Of a DNA stretch of 24,000 nucleotides, positions 15,109 to 23,485 are shown in pieces. This DNA is from Williamsia deligens (lineage in GTDB: Bacteria; Actinomycetota; Actinomycetes; Mycobacteriales; Mycobacteriaceae). Position numbers and translations under genes: made by a program. The notes below the pieces were generated by a model. It worked only from the letters and a program-made list of their open reading frames with translations, searched no databases and had not been told where the DNA came from. The stretch's first letter is position 1. The number at the start of each line of letters is the position of its first letter. The stretch lies in assembly GCF_024171765.1 (NCBI RefSeq), contig NZ_JAMTCI010000001.1, forward strand, positions 1,868,557 to 1,892,556. Reading direction: 5' to 3'.

Positions 15109-15729
15109 ATGGTCAACACCGGCAGGCCACGAGATTCGTCGATCGACGACGCAATCCTCGACGAGGCGGCACGGATGGTCGTCGAGAACGGCTATGGGGC
15201 CACCACCATCGACGCGGTCGCACGAGCGGCGGGCACCACCCGACCTGCGGTGTACCGGCGATATGCATCTCTGGCACAGATCGTCTCCGCGGCGATGAGT
15301 TCGCGGCTCGTGTTCGACCCGCTGCTCGATTCCGGCCATCTGCCGACGGATCTCACCCGCATCCAGCAGGCGCAGGTCGCCTTCTTCACCGACCCGCTGG
15401 TGGTCAAGGCGATGCCGGGCCTCATCGAGGAGAGTTCTCGTAACGAGACCCTGCGCAACCGACTCCTCGACGACGTCATGGCGCCGCGGCGGGCGGCGGT
15501 GCGTGTCGCGCTCGAGCAGGCGATCACCCGCGGTGACATCGAGGTGGGCCACGACGTCGAGCAGATCGCCGATCTCCTGACCGGTCCTCTTCTTCTCCGC
15601 ACCCTGCTGCCGGCGCTCGGGGACGTGAGCGACGCTCTGGTGGCGTCGACGGTCGCGGCCGCGCTGAACGCCGTGCACTTCGGCGACGCCGGTCTCGCGC
15701 GCGACGCCGGGGTCACCTCGAACGACTGA
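15109..15729 (+). CDS. TetR-family transcriptional regulator
   Basis: MVNTGRPRDSSIDDAILDEAARMVVENGYGATTIDAVARAAGTTRPAVYRRYASLAQIV is a TetR HTH. ATG at 15109; the track uses the TTG at 15106. Confidence 0.85.
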   Translation: MVNTGRPRDSSIDDAILDEAARMVVENGYGATTIDAVARAAGTTRPAVYRRYASLAQIVSAAMSSRLVFDPLLDSGHLPTDLTRIQQAQVAFFTDPLVVKAMPGLIEESSRNETLRNRLLDDVMAPRRAAVRVALEQAITRGDIEVGHDVEQIADLLTGPLLLRTLLPALGDVSDALVASTVAAALNAVHFGDAGLARDAGVTSND

Positions 15730-15760
15730 CGGCCCGGGCGGCAACGTCGGACGCCGCCGT

Positions 15761-15780
15761 AACTTACTGCCTGGTAAGTT
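15761..15780. promoter_or_regulatory. Candidate TetR operator upstream of TetR gene 15834
   Basis: AACTTAC-N6-GTAAGTT has perfect 7-bp arms in an AT-rich patch 54-73 nt upstream of the ATG. The right arm contains the -10-like hexamer TAAGTT. Confidence 0.4.
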
Positions 15781-15833
15781 GTAGGCCACGACCCGGTGTG
15801 CAGGGTCGATGATCTGCGGAGGGCGGTGGGACG

Positions 15834-16451
15834 ATGCCGGGTGGGACCAAACGGCTACCCCGGGCCGTGCGCGAGCAACAGATGATCGACGCGGCGGTGA
15901 AGGTGTTCGCGGAGAAGGGTTTCCGCGAGACGTCGATGGACGCGATCGCGGCCGCGGCCGACATCAGCAAGCCGATGCTCTACCTTTATCACGGGTCGAA
16001 GGACGAACTCTTCGCCGCATGTCTCAACCGCGAGGGTGCCCGGTTCATCGAGGCGATGACGACCGGCTTCGACCCTCGGCTGCGTCAGCGTGATCAGGCG
16101 CGCACCGTCATCTACGAGTTCCTGCGGTTCGTCGACGCCAACCGTGACTCGTGGCGCGTGCTGTACCGCGTCGCCACCGGTCAGGCTGCGTTCGCCGGGC
16201 TGGTCGACGCCAGTCGTGCGCGACTCATCGAGATGATCGCCGACCTGCTGCGGCGGGGAACGACCGTCGAACGCGCCACCGACCGCGAGTTCGAGCTGAT
16301 GGCCGTCGCCCTCGTCGGCGCCGGCGAGGCTGTCGCCGACCGCATCTCCGAGGGCGACATCGACCTCGACACCGCGGCCGACCTCATGGTGCAGATGGGG
16401 TGGCACGGTCTGGCCGGCGGCAAGCGGATCGACGAGCACGTCTTCGACTGA
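15834..16451 (+). CDS. TetR-family transcriptional regulator (positional counterpart of Rv0238)
   Basis: 205 aa. REQQMIDAAVKVFAEKGFRETSMDAIAAAADISKPMLYLYHGSKDELF is a TetR HTH, followed by a helical ligand-binding domain. Confidence 0.85.
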   Translation: MPGGTKRLPRAVREQQMIDAAVKVFAEKGFRETSMDAIAAAADISKPMLYLYHGSKDELFAACLNREGARFIEAMTTGFDPRLRQRDQARTVIYEFLRFVDANRDSWRVLYRVATGQAAFAGLVDASRARLIEMIADLLRRGTTVERATDREFELMAVALVGAGEAVADRISEGDIDLDTAADLMVQMGWHGLAGGKRIDEHVFD

Positions 16452-16463
16452 TGTCGCGGCGGG

Positions 16464-17279
16464 TCAGAGGTCGGGCAGGCCCATGTCCATGTTCGGCTTG
16501 ATCAGTCCGCCGTCGATCTCCAGGATCTTGCCGGTCGAGTAGGCGCCGGCGTCGGACGCGAGATACAGCGCGGCCGCGGCGATCTCGTCGGGGTCACCGA
16601 TGCGGCCGAGCGGGGTGGCACCCTCGAGCGCGGTCCGCATGGCGTCGTCGCCGGTGACGATCTCCAAGGCTGACGTCGCGATGGACCCCGGCGCGATCGC
16701 GTTGACCCGGATCCGTGGGGACAGGTCCTCCGCGGCGAGCCGCGTGTAGTGCGCGAGAGCGGCCTTCGCCGTGCCGTAGGCGACGAACCCCCGGCCGGGG
16801 AGGCGACCCATCGTGGACGTGATGTTGATGATCGAGCCGCCGGTGTCGTTGCGCAGCATCAGCGGGACCGCCGCGCAGGTGAGGGCATGGGCGGTGGCCA
16901 CGTTGAACCGGAACGCCTTCTCCAGCGAGGACACCGACGTGTCGAGCAGGGCGTTCGGGAAGGTGCCGCCGACGTTGTTCACCACGACGTCGAGCCGACC
17001 GAACTCGGCCTCGGCGGTGGCGGCGAGTCCCGCGGTCACATCCGGGTCGCTGAGGTCGGCGGCGACCGTGACGGCTCGTCGCCCCGTGGCGCGGATCTGC
17101 TCGGCGACCTCGTCGAGCTGCTCGGCCGTGCGGGAGGAGATGACGACGTCGGCACCGGCGTCGGCGAACGCCACCGCGATCGCCGCACCGAGACCACGGC
17201 CGGCGCCGGTCACCACCGCCACCTTCCCGTCGAGCCGGAAGCGGTCAAGGATGGTAGAACGTGTTCTCGTTTCGCTCAT
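16464..17279 (-). CDS. Classical short-chain dehydrogenase/reductase (SDR)
   Basis: Trimmed to the ATG at 17279 ([35 protein letters not shown]). Motifs present: TGxxxGxG, NNVGG, and the YGTAKAAL catalytic Y-x3-K. The start lies 5 nt downstream of the MmpL stop. Confidence 0.85.
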   Translation of the reverse strand: MSETRTRSTILDRFRLDGKVAVVTGAGRGLGAAIAVAFADAGADVVISSRTAEQLDEVAEQIRATGRRAVTVAADLSDPDVTAGLAATAEAEFGRLDVVVNNVGGTFPNALLDTSVSSLEKAFRFNVATAHALTCAAVPLMLRNDTGGSIINITSTMGRLPGRGFVAYGTAKAALAHYTRLAAEDLSPRIRVNAIAPGSIATSALEIVTGDDAMRTALEGATPLGRIGDPDEIAAAALYLASDAGAYSTGKILEIDGGLIKPNMDMGLPDL

Positions 17280-17284
17280 GGGCG

Positions 17285-19384
17285 TCAGCGTAGCGAGGCG
17301 CGCTCCCGCGGGGGAGCGGGCCACCAGATCCGTTCACCGACGAGCGTGAACACCGCCGGGACCATGACGGTCCGGACGAGGAACGTGTCGAGGAGGATGC
17401 CCAGCCCGACGATGATGCCGAGCTGCGTGAGCGTGATGAGCGGCAGCACGCCGAGGACGGCGAACACCGCCGCGAGCACGATCCCGGCGCTGGTGATGAC
17501 CCCGCCGGTCGCCGAGACGGCCCTCGTCATCGCCTCCGGCACCCGATGCTGTGCGCTCTCCTCCCGGGCTCGGGTGACCAGGAAGATCGTGTAGTCGACG
17601 CCGAGCGCGACGAGGAAGAGGACCGAGAACAGCACAGTGTTGTTGTCGAGCGCGGGGAACCCGAAGACGTGCACGCCGACGAAGGTCCCCAGGCCGATCG
17701 CCGCCACGGTGGACAGGACGGTCGCGAGGACCAGCAGGATCGGCGCCAGGGCCGATCGGAGCAGCGCGAACAGCACCAGCAGCACCACCGCCAGGATCAG
17801 CGGGATGACGAGCAACCGGTCGTCGGCGGCGGCGTCCCGCGTGTCGAGGGCCCGGGCGTCACTCCCGCCCACCAGTGCCTCGGCCCGGGGTGTGTCGGCG
17901 AGGCGGTCGCGCATGGCGGAGATCGAGTCGAAGGCACCGCTCGACGCCGGTGCCGAGGTGAGGACGACGCTGAAGCGGCTCAGCCCGTCGGGTGAGGTGC
18001 CCGTCTGTGTCACCGCCTGCACGCCGGGTGTGCCGCGCAGCGCCGACTCGACCTGACCTGCGGCGGCCGAGCGCGCCACCACGGTCGTCGGGTCCGACTG
18101 ACCGGCGGGGAAGTGTTCGTCGACGACGTCGAACCCGGTCACCGAGTCCGCGGTCACGCGGAACTGCTGGGTCTGGCTCAGGCCGATCGAGGTGCCGAGA
18201 AAGCCGAGGGCGCAGACGACGAGGACGACGACCGCCGTCGACAGCGAGCGCGTCGGGTGGGCGACGACCGCGGACGCGACACGATGCCACGCCCCGGTGG
18301 CGTGGAGGTCGGCGTCGTCGGCGGTCAACGACTCGTCGACGCGGGGGACGAACGGCCAGAACAACTTCCGTCCGAACAGGCTCAGAGCCGGGGGGAGGAC
18401 CAGCAGTGCGAACACCATCGCCAGCAGCAGGCCCGACGCGGCCGCGGCACCCAGGCTCCGGGTGCTCGGCAGCGCCGCGAACAGCAGGGTGAGCAGAGCG
18501 AGCACCACGGTGACGTTGCTCGCGAGCACCGCGGGTCCGGCGCGACGGACCGCATGACGCAGCGCCTCGCGGTGGTCGGTGCGACGACGCAGTTCCTCGC
18601 GGTAGCGGGAGATGACCAGCAGCGCGTAGTTCGTGCCGGTGCCGAAGACCAGCACGCTGGTGATGCCCGACGTCGACCCGTCGAACGCGAGGCCGGTCGC
18701 CTCGGCCACTGCGCCGCCCACCGTCGACGCCACGCGGTCGGCGACCGCCACGACGATCAGCGGCACCAGCCACAGCACGGGCGAGCGATAGGTCGCGATC
18801 AACAGCAGCGCCACGACCAGCGCGGTCACGGCCAGCAGGGTCACGTTCGCGCCGGAGAACGAGTTCGCGATGTCGGCGGCGAACGCCGGCCCGCCGGTGA
18901 CGTGGGCTGTGAGATCGGCGGGCAGTCCGGAGTCCGCGGCGGTGCGCAGTGCGTCGACGGTGTCGCGCAGGGTGAACCCGCTGATCTCCGACGACACCGG
19001 GACGGTCGCGATCGCCGCCTTGCCGTCGGGCGAGACGACGAGGGGCGGGCCCGACGCGTCGGCCTGCGTCGCGCGGTCGGTGGCCAGCATCCGCTCGCGG
19101 GCCTGCGTCACGGCCGCGCGATCGGACTCGGTGAGGGACGTGCCGTCGGTGCGGTCCACGACCAGGATCGCTGCGGCCACCTTCGCGTCGGGGAAGCGTG
19201 CCAGGTAGTCGTCGATGCGCGCCGACTGCGCGGAGTCCGGCAGGGAGTTCGGGGAGTCGTCGGATGACGAGCCGCTCCCCAGACCGGTCATGACGCCGAT
19301 GCCGACCAGGAGGACGACGAGCCCGACGATCCATGAACGTCGTCCGGTGACGAGCGCGGCGAAACGGTCCCATGCGGCAGCCAT
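17285..19384 (-). CDS. MMPL-family (RND superfamily) membrane transporter, short ~700-aa type
   Basis: The track ORF 17285..19861 was trimmed to the ATG at 19384 ([31 protein letters not shown]...). The 159 codons upstream are Arg/His-rich and lie antisense to marR. The protein has the typical duplicated MMPL topology: a TM helix and soluble domain followed by a TM bundle, twice. Confidence 0.9.
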   Translation of the reverse strand: MAAAWDRFAALVTGRRSWIVGLVVLLVGIGVMTGLGSGSSSDDSPNSLPDSAQSARIDDYLARFPDAKVAAAILVVDRTDGTSLTESDRAAVTQARERMLATDRATQADASGPPLVVSPDGKAAIATVPVSSEISGFTLRDTVDALRTAADSGLPADLTAHVTGGPAFAADIANSFSGANVTLLAVTALVVALLLIATYRSPVLWLVPLIVVAVADRVASTVGGAVAEATGLAFDGSTSGITSVLVFGTGTNYALLVISRYREELRRRTDHREALRHAVRRAGPAVLASNVTVVLALLTLLFAALPSTRSLGAAAASGLLLAMVFALLVLPPALSLFGRKLFWPFVPRVDESLTADDADLHATGAWHRVASAVVAHPTRSLSTAVVVLVVCALGFLGTSIGLSQTQQFRVTADSVTGFDVVDEHFPAGQSDPTTVVARSAAAGQVESALRGTPGVQAVTQTGTSPDGLSRFSVVLTSAPASSGAFDSISAMRDRLADTPRAEALVGGSDARALDTRDAAADDRLLVIPLILAVVLLVLFALLRSALAPILLVLATVLSTVAAIGLGTFVGVHVFGFPALDNNTVLFSVLFLVALGVDYTIFLVTRAREESAQHRVPEAMTRAVSATGGVITSAGIVLAAVFAVLGVLPLITLTQLGIIVGLGILLDTFLVRTVMVPAVFTLVGERIWWPAPPRERASLR

Positions 19385-19394
19385 GACACCGACA

Positions 19395-19427
19395 ATCTCA
19401 GAAATTGAACCTTTCAGCAACTGAGAT
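19395..19427. promoter_or_regulatory. Inverted repeat in the mmpL/marR divergent promoter region (candidate MarR operator)
   Basis: ATCTCAG-N19-CTGAGAT sits in the only AT-rich stretch of the 72-nt intergenic region. TTGAAC (19405..19410) is -35-like. TAAGCT (19444..19449) lies 7 nt upstream of the marR GTG, suggesting a leaderless marR mRNA. Confidence 0.3.
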
Positions 19428-19456
19428 ATCTGCTCCGGCGACGTAAGCTGATCGTC

Positions 19457-19924
19457 GTGGACAGGGCGGAGCTGGAGTCGGCGATGGCGTCGGACATGCG
19501 CGCCCTCTCGGCGGCGTCGGAGCAGATCGGTCGGGCGTTCGCGGCACGGCACGACCTGTCGGCCAACGACTTCCAGGCGTTGCTGCGCATCATGGTCGCC
19601 GACGTCGACGGCGAGCCGCTCACCGTCGGTCGGCTCGGCGCGTCGCTCGGGATGTCGTCCGCGGCCATGACCTACCTCGTGGAGCGCATGATCGCGTCGG
19701 GCCACATCCGTCGCGAGCCCGATCCCGACGACCGTCGGAGGGTGATCCTGCGCTACGACGAGCACGGCATGGAGGTTGCCCGCGGGTTCTTCGGTCCGCT
19801 GGTGTCGCTCACGCGGTCGGCGCTCACCGACATCGCCGACGACGACCTCGCGACGGCGCATCGTGTCTTCTCCGTGCTCATCGACGCGATCCGTGCCTAC
19901 GGGACCGAGCTCGCCGCGAAGTAG
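19457..19924 (+). CDS. MarR-family transcriptional regulator
   Basis: 155 aa. The winged-HTH region is LSANDFQALLRIMVADVDGEPLTVGRLGASLGMSSAAMTYLVERMIASGHIRREPDPDDRRRVIL. It is divergent from mmpL. GTG start. Confidence 0.85.
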   Translation: MDRAELESAMASDMRALSAASEQIGRAFAARHDLSANDFQALLRIMVADVDGEPLTVGRLGASLGMSSAAMTYLVERMIASGHIRREPDPDDRRRVILRYDEHGMEVARGFFGPLVSLTRSALTDIADDDLATAHRVFSVLIDAIRAYGTELAAK

Positions 19925-19948
19925 GACACCGGCCGGGCTCCCGGGCGG

Positions 19949-20359
19949 TCAGACGGTGGATGCCGCCGAGATGCGCACGGTGGTCCCGGACGGGTCGCGG
20001 AACGCGCAGTCGCGCGGGCCCCAGGGTTGATCCATCGGTTCCTGCAGGACCTCCGCGCCCGAGGCGACGACGCGATCGAAGAGGCCGTCGAGATCGTTAG
20101 TGCTGAGGCCGATCATGGGCAGCGACCCCTTGGCCAGCAGGTCCTCCAGCGCGGCGGCGTCGTCGGCTCCGCGACCGGACTGCGGTGTGGACAACACGAT
20201 CGCGACACCGGGCTGGGCGTCCGACGCGATGGTGACCCACCGACCGCCTCCTCCGGAGACGTCGTTGTGGACCGTCAGGCCGAGGGCGTCCCGGTAGAAC
20301 GACAGCGCGGCGTCGACGTCGTGGACGGTGAGGTGTGTGAAGGCGAGAGTGACTGTCAT
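19949..20359 (-). CDS. VOC (glyoxalase/bleomycin-resistance/dioxygenase) family protein
   Basis: 136 aa. FTHLTVHDVDAALSFYRDALGLTV ... PWGPRDCAFRDPSGTTVRI shows paired beta-alpha-beta-beta-beta VOC modules. Confidence 0.85.
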   Translation of the reverse strand: MTVTLAFTHLTVHDVDAALSFYRDALGLTVHNDVSGGGGRWVTIASDAQPGVAIVLSTPQSGRGADDAAALEDLLAKGSLPMIGLSTNDLDGLFDRVVASGAEVLQEPMDQPWGPRDCAFRDPSGTTVRISAASTV

Positions 20360-20381
20360 GCAGGAGAAGCTACGGAACTCC

Positions 20382-20825
20382 TCACCCGCGCACTTCTCCG
20401 AAGCTGCTCGACGCGGAGACCGCGGGGCGGCGCGTCGGTGACGGGCGGCTCGCGAGTCGCACGATGCACCCGGGCATCGCGGCCAGCGCGGAGTGGTCGC
20501 GGGCGCGGTAGGCGCTCGGCGTCTCCCCGGTGAGGGCGTGGAATCGGGTGCTGAAGGAACCGAGCGACGTGCAGCCCACCGCCATGCAGGTGTCCGTCAC
20601 GCTCCACCCGGCTCGCAGCAGCGCCATCGCACGCTCGATGCGTCGCGTCATGAGATAGCTGTAGGGCGTCTCGCCGTAGGCGGCCGCGAAACGACGGGAG
20701 AAGTGCGCCGGCGACATGTACGCGTGGGCCGCCACCGTCGCCACGTCGAGGGGCTGTGCGTAGTCCCTGTCCATCGCGTCACGCGCTCGACGCAGGAGCG
20801 TCAGGGTGCGCACATCGTCGGTCAT
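20382..20825 (-). CDS. Small AraC/XylS-family regulator (DNA-binding domain only, MarA/SoxS-like size)
   Basis: MTDDVRTLTLLRRARDAMDRDYAQPLDVATVAAHAYMSPAHFSRRFAAAYGETPYSYLMTRRIERAMALLRAGWSVTDTCMAVGCTSLGSFSTRFHALTGETPSAYR contains two HTH motifs. ATG at 20825; the track uses the GTG at 20831. Confidence 0.8.
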   Translation of the reverse strand: MTDDVRTLTLLRRARDAMDRDYAQPLDVATVAAHAYMSPAHFSRRFAAAYGETPYSYLMTRRIERAMALLRAGWSVTDTCMAVGCTSLGSFSTRFHALTGETPSAYRARDHSALAAMPGCIVRLASRPSPTRRPAVSASSSFGEVRG

Positions 20826-20873
20826 GACCACAGATCATGCCCGTCCGGGAGCGCAGCGGCGACCCCATCGAGG

Positions 20874-21779
20874 TCAGCGCGAGCCGTACCACCCGTCGAG
20901 GCGCTTGCCGAGTCCGCCGGCGGTGACCCGCAGCGAGATGCGTTCGGGCAGGGGGAAGCTCGCCGCCGCCTCCGCAGTGCGCCGGATGACCTCACGCGCA
21001 TCGTCGACCTGGGCCGGTGTCGCCCCCGGGCCGCAGAGGGCCGGATAGGCGTCGAGTTCGGATCCGAGCACCTGCGCGCAGAGCGCACGGTGGACGGCGC
21101 CGGTCGCCGAGTCGACCCGGAGCGCCGCCTTCCAGTCCTCCTGGGCGGACATCTGACCCGGCGATCGTCGGTACAGGACGCCGGGCACCGACTGTCGTCG
21201 CATCCGTACCCCGCGCAGTGCGAGGCGCAGGAACAGATCCCAGTCCTCCGCGGGAACCGCGCGATACCCGCCGACCTCGATCAGTGCTTCACGCCGTGCC
21301 GCCAGCGTGGACTGGATGAACGGACAGTTCAGCAGGAGCTCGTGGGCAGTCGAACCGGGATCGGCGGAGAGCAGGGGGATGGGCTCGACGGCGAACCGGG
21401 ACGGTCCGTAGAACCAGGCCCCGGTGAACACGACGTCGGTGTCGCCGCGATGGAGCGCACGGAGCTGGCGGGAGAGACGCCACGGGAGGGAGACGTCGTC
21501 GGCGTCGATGCGTGCGACCCACCGGGTGTCGACCTGCTCGAGCAGGGTGTTCGCGGCCATGGCCACGCCCAGCGGCGCATCGGAGTTGGTGATGACCCGC
21601 ACCCGGGGGTCGCGGCGTGCCTCGGCGCGCAGGACATCAGCGGTGCCGTCGGTGCTCGCGTCGTCGAGGACGACGATGCGTCCGTCGTCGGGAAGTGAAC
21701 GGGCCGTGGACCGGATCGCGGTGGCGACGGTCCCCTCGGCGTTGTGCGCGGGGATCGTCACCGTCAATGTGTCGTCCAT
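20874..21779 (-). CDS. Glycosyltransferase family 2 (GT-A fold)
   Basis: 301 aa. LTVTIPAHNAEGTVATAIRS ... VVLDDASTDGT ... ARIDADD shows the nucleotide-sugar-binding and DxD motifs. Confidence 0.85.
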   Translation of the reverse strand: MDDTLTVTIPAHNAEGTVATAIRSTARSLPDDGRIVVLDDASTDGTADVLRAEARRDPRVRVITNSDAPLGVAMAANTLLEQVDTRWVARIDADDVSLPWRLSRQLRALHRGDTDVVFTGAWFYGPSRFAVEPIPLLSADPGSTAHELLLNCPFIQSTLAARREALIEVGGYRAVPAEDWDLFLRLALRGVRMRRQSVPGVLYRRSPGQMSAQEDWKAALRVDSATGAVHRALCAQVLGSELDAYPALCGPGATPAQVDDAREVIRRTAEAAASFPLPERISLRVTAGGLGKRLDGWYGSR

Positions 21780-21823
21780 CGTTACCCGACCTTAGGACCA
21801 AGGACGGCCGACCGCAGGACGAC

Positions 21824-21863
21824 TGTGCCCGGTCACCGCGCGAGCGCGCGACGACCGGGCACA
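21824..21863 (-). terminator. Stem-loop terminator downstream of the repeat-protein gene
   Basis: A perfect 11-bp stem TGTGCCCGGTC / GACCGGGCACA encloses an 18-nt GC-rich loop that can itself pair (CGCGC/GCGCG). It starts 24 nt after the stop at 21887. Confidence 0.55.
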
Positions 21864-21886
21864 GGTGGTGTCGGAATCAGCTGGTG

Positions 21887-22429
21887 TCAGCGACGACGCG
21901 CGACCACGATCGCGATGACCGCGACGATCGCCGCGACGACGGCACCGATCACGGCGGGGTTCTGCGCCGCCTTCTGCACGTCGCGCGAGTCGATGTCCTC
22001 GACGGTGCTGCGGATCTGGGAGACCGTCTGCTTCGCCTCCTCCTTGGCGCCCTCGGCGACGTCCTTCGCCTGCTCCTTGGCGTCGGCGACGGCGCCCTTG
22101 GTCGTGTCCGCGACCTCCTTGGCCTGGTCGGCGAGGGATCCCGCGGCCTCCTTGGCCTGGTCGACGACCTCGTCGGCGGCGTCGGCAGCCTTGCCGGCCG
22201 CCTGCTTCGCCTCGGACTTCGCCTTGTCGGCGGACCCCTCCGCCTTGAGCTCGGAGTCACCGGTCGCCTCGCCGGCGGCCTTCTTGGCCGACCCGGCGGC
22301 GCTGTCGGCCTTGTCCTTCGCGGTGTCCGCGACGTCCTGCGCCGTGTCCTTGGCGGTGTCGGCGGCGTCCGAGACGGCATCCTTCGCCTTGTCCACCAGG
22401 TTCTCGGCCTTGTCGGCAGCGTCTGCCAT
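21887..22429 (-). CDS. Tail-anchored Ala/Lys/Asp/Glu-rich 11-mer repeat protein (LEA group-3 / apolipoprotein-like, with CsbD-like segment)
   Basis: The track ORF 21887..22807 was trimmed to the ATG at 22429, which has GAGAGGAGAAC upstream. The 180-aa protein begins MADAADKAENLVDKAKDAVSDAADTAKDTAQDVADTAKDKADSAAGSAKKAAGEATGDSELKAEGSADKAKSEAKQAAGK... It ends in a hydrophobic helix AVIGAVVAAIVAVIAIVVARRR. Confidence 0.75.
   Translation of the reverse strand: MADAADKAENLVDKAKDAVSDAADTAKDTAQDVADTAKDKADSAAGSAKKAAGEATGDSELKAEGSADKAKSEAKQAAGKAADAADEVVDQAKEAAGSLADQAKEVADTTKGAVADAKEQAKDVAEGAKEEAKQTVSQIRSTVEDIDSRDVQKAAQNPAVIGAVVAAIVAVIAIVVARRR
22034..22396 (-). repeat. 33-nt (11-codon) periodic coding repeat inside the repeat-protein gene
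   Basis: About eleven consecutive 11-residue units of the form x-D-x-A-K-D/E-x-A-x-x-x. At the DNA level there is an exact 17-nt direct repeat CCTCCTTGGCCTGGTCG at 22114..22130 and 22147..22163, offset by exactly 33 nt. Confidence 0.6.
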
Positions 22430-22551
22430 GGCGTTCTCCTCTCGCCTCGAGACGAGTCGATCTCGCCTCCGGTGTCGTCCTGTGTAGTCGATACGGACGG
22501 GCGGGTTGCACGGGTTCCGGGGGGTGACGCACATCACTGTCCCGACAACGA

Positions 22552-22590
22552 CATCGGCCGCCCCGCTCGCGAGGAGCGGGACGGCCGATG
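22552..22590 (-). terminator. Stem-loop terminator downstream of htdX
   Basis: A 17-bp stem CATCGGCCGCCCCGCTC / GAGCGGGACGGCCGATG (one mismatch) with a 5-nt loop, starting 16 nt after the stop at 22606. On the minus strand it is followed by TCGTTGTCGG. Confidence 0.6.
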
Positions 22591-22605
22591 TGGTCGTGCG
22601 TCGGA

Positions 22606-23484
22606 TCAGGCGCCGCGCAGCGTCCCCGTCAGATGCGGGTAACCCTTGGTGCGGTTGAGGACCGAGACGTCCCACCCCCCGTCGACCGTGTCGACGTAGG
22701 CGTTGACCTTGGCGGGCAGCAGGATCGGCTTGCCGAACTTCGCCACGTAGGTGACGTCGTCGGGCAGATGCGGCTCGACGTTCGCGAGCGCCGCGGCCGC
22801 GGTCCACATCCCGTGCGCGATGGCGCGGGGGAACCCGAACGCCTTCGCGGTCAGGTTGGCCATGTGGATCGGGTTCCGATCGCCGCTGGCGGCCGCGTAG
22901 GCGCGGATCCGGCCGAGATCGACCGCGAGGGTCGCGTCGGGCGCGGGCGGACGGTGGTCGCGCGGCGGGGCCGACTTCGGCCCGCCCGACAGGCTGGTCC
23001 GCTGCTGCTTGAGCAGCGTCGCCGTCTGCTCCGTCACCAGCTCGCCGCCCACCCGGATCTCGCTGACGATGTCCACGAGGATCCCCTTGCGGTGCTCGCG
23101 GAGGTTCTCCGGTCGCGTCGCGATCGACAGCGGCTCACCGAGCTCGATCGGCCGGACCCGGTGGATCCGGTTCTCGAGGTGGACCGAGCCGACGGCGCCG
23201 AACGGGAACGCGCGGGCGACCATCGTCTGCATCATCAGCGGGAACTGCGCGACGAACGGGAACGTCACCGGCAGGTACCGCCCGAACTGCATCCCGGTGG
23301 CGAGGCAGTACTCGCGCACCTTCTCGGGATCGGGGCGCAGGTTCGACACCGTGTAGGTGGTGTCGGGCAGTCGCGCATCCGCGGACACCGACCCCGCCTT
23401 GCCGATCCCGGGGAGCATCCCGATGACGGCACTGCGGTAGACGTCGGTCGTCGCGGGCAGCGACTTCAGTGCGACGGTGGCCAC
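22606..23484 (-). CDS. htdX: MaoC-like (R)-specific enoyl-CoA hydratase / 3-hydroxyacyl-thioester dehydratase, double hotdog (HtdX-like)
   Basis: 292 aa with a GTG start 1 nt after the TGA of the upstream SDR gene. The size and the fabG4-htdX gene order match Rv0242c-Rv0241c. A hotdog-fold region runs from RAFPFGAVGSVHLENRI to NPIHMANLTAKAFGFPRAIAHGMW. Confidence 0.8.
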   Translation of the reverse strand: MATVALKSLPATTDVYRSAVIGMLPGIGKAGSVSADARLPDTTYTVSNLRPDPEKVREYCLATGMQFGRYLPVTFPFVAQFPLMMQTMVARAFPFGAVGSVHLENRIHRVRPIELGEPLSIATRPENLREHRKGILVDIVSEIRVGGELVTEQTATLLKQQRTSLSGGPKSAPPRDHRPPAPDATLAVDLGRIRAYAAASGDRNPIHMANLTAKAFGFPRAIAHGMWTAAAALANVEPHLPDDVTYVAKFGKPILLPAKVNAYVDTVDGGWDVSVLNRTKGYPHLTGTLRGA

Positions 23485-23485
23485 G

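Noticed and set aside
17859-19373. 504-aa minus-strand ORF, and the 384-aa plus-strand ORF 18113..19267
   Set aside because: One is an alternate frame of the second MmpL gene and the other is its antisense. Both are Arg/Gly/Pro-rich with no TM pattern.
19385-19861. 159-codon N-terminal extension of the second MmpL ORF
   Set aside because: It crosses the AT-rich promoter region, runs antisense through marR and is Arg/His-rich. The MMPL N-terminus (MAAAWDRF.. followed by the first TM helix) begins at 19384.
19925-19948. Possible bidirectional terminator between convergent marR and the VOC gene (CCGGCCGGGCTCCCGGGCGG)
   Set aside because: Only about 4-5 bp can pair around a 2-4 nt loop. That is too weak to call.
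20493-21698. 401-aa plus-strand ORF
   Set aside because: It is antisense to the AraC and GT2 genes, has no motifs and shows shadow composition.
22491-22518. ECF-sigma-like promoter GGAAC-N18-CGTAT upstream of the repeat-protein gene (minus strand)
   Set aside because: The -35 GGAAC fits SigE/SigH-type promoters, but the -10 reads CGTA rather than the cGTT core. A single hexamer match is expected by chance, so it is not reported as a feature.
21617-22642. 341-aa and 247-aa plus-strand ORFs, and the 143-aa minus-strand ORF, over the repeat-protein gene
   Set aside because: These are antisense or alternate-frame readings of the 33-nt periodic repeat, giving L/G/R-rich or S/A/T-rich strings. 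They lack SD sequences. The A/K/D/E frame has an SD, a TM anchor and flanking terminators.
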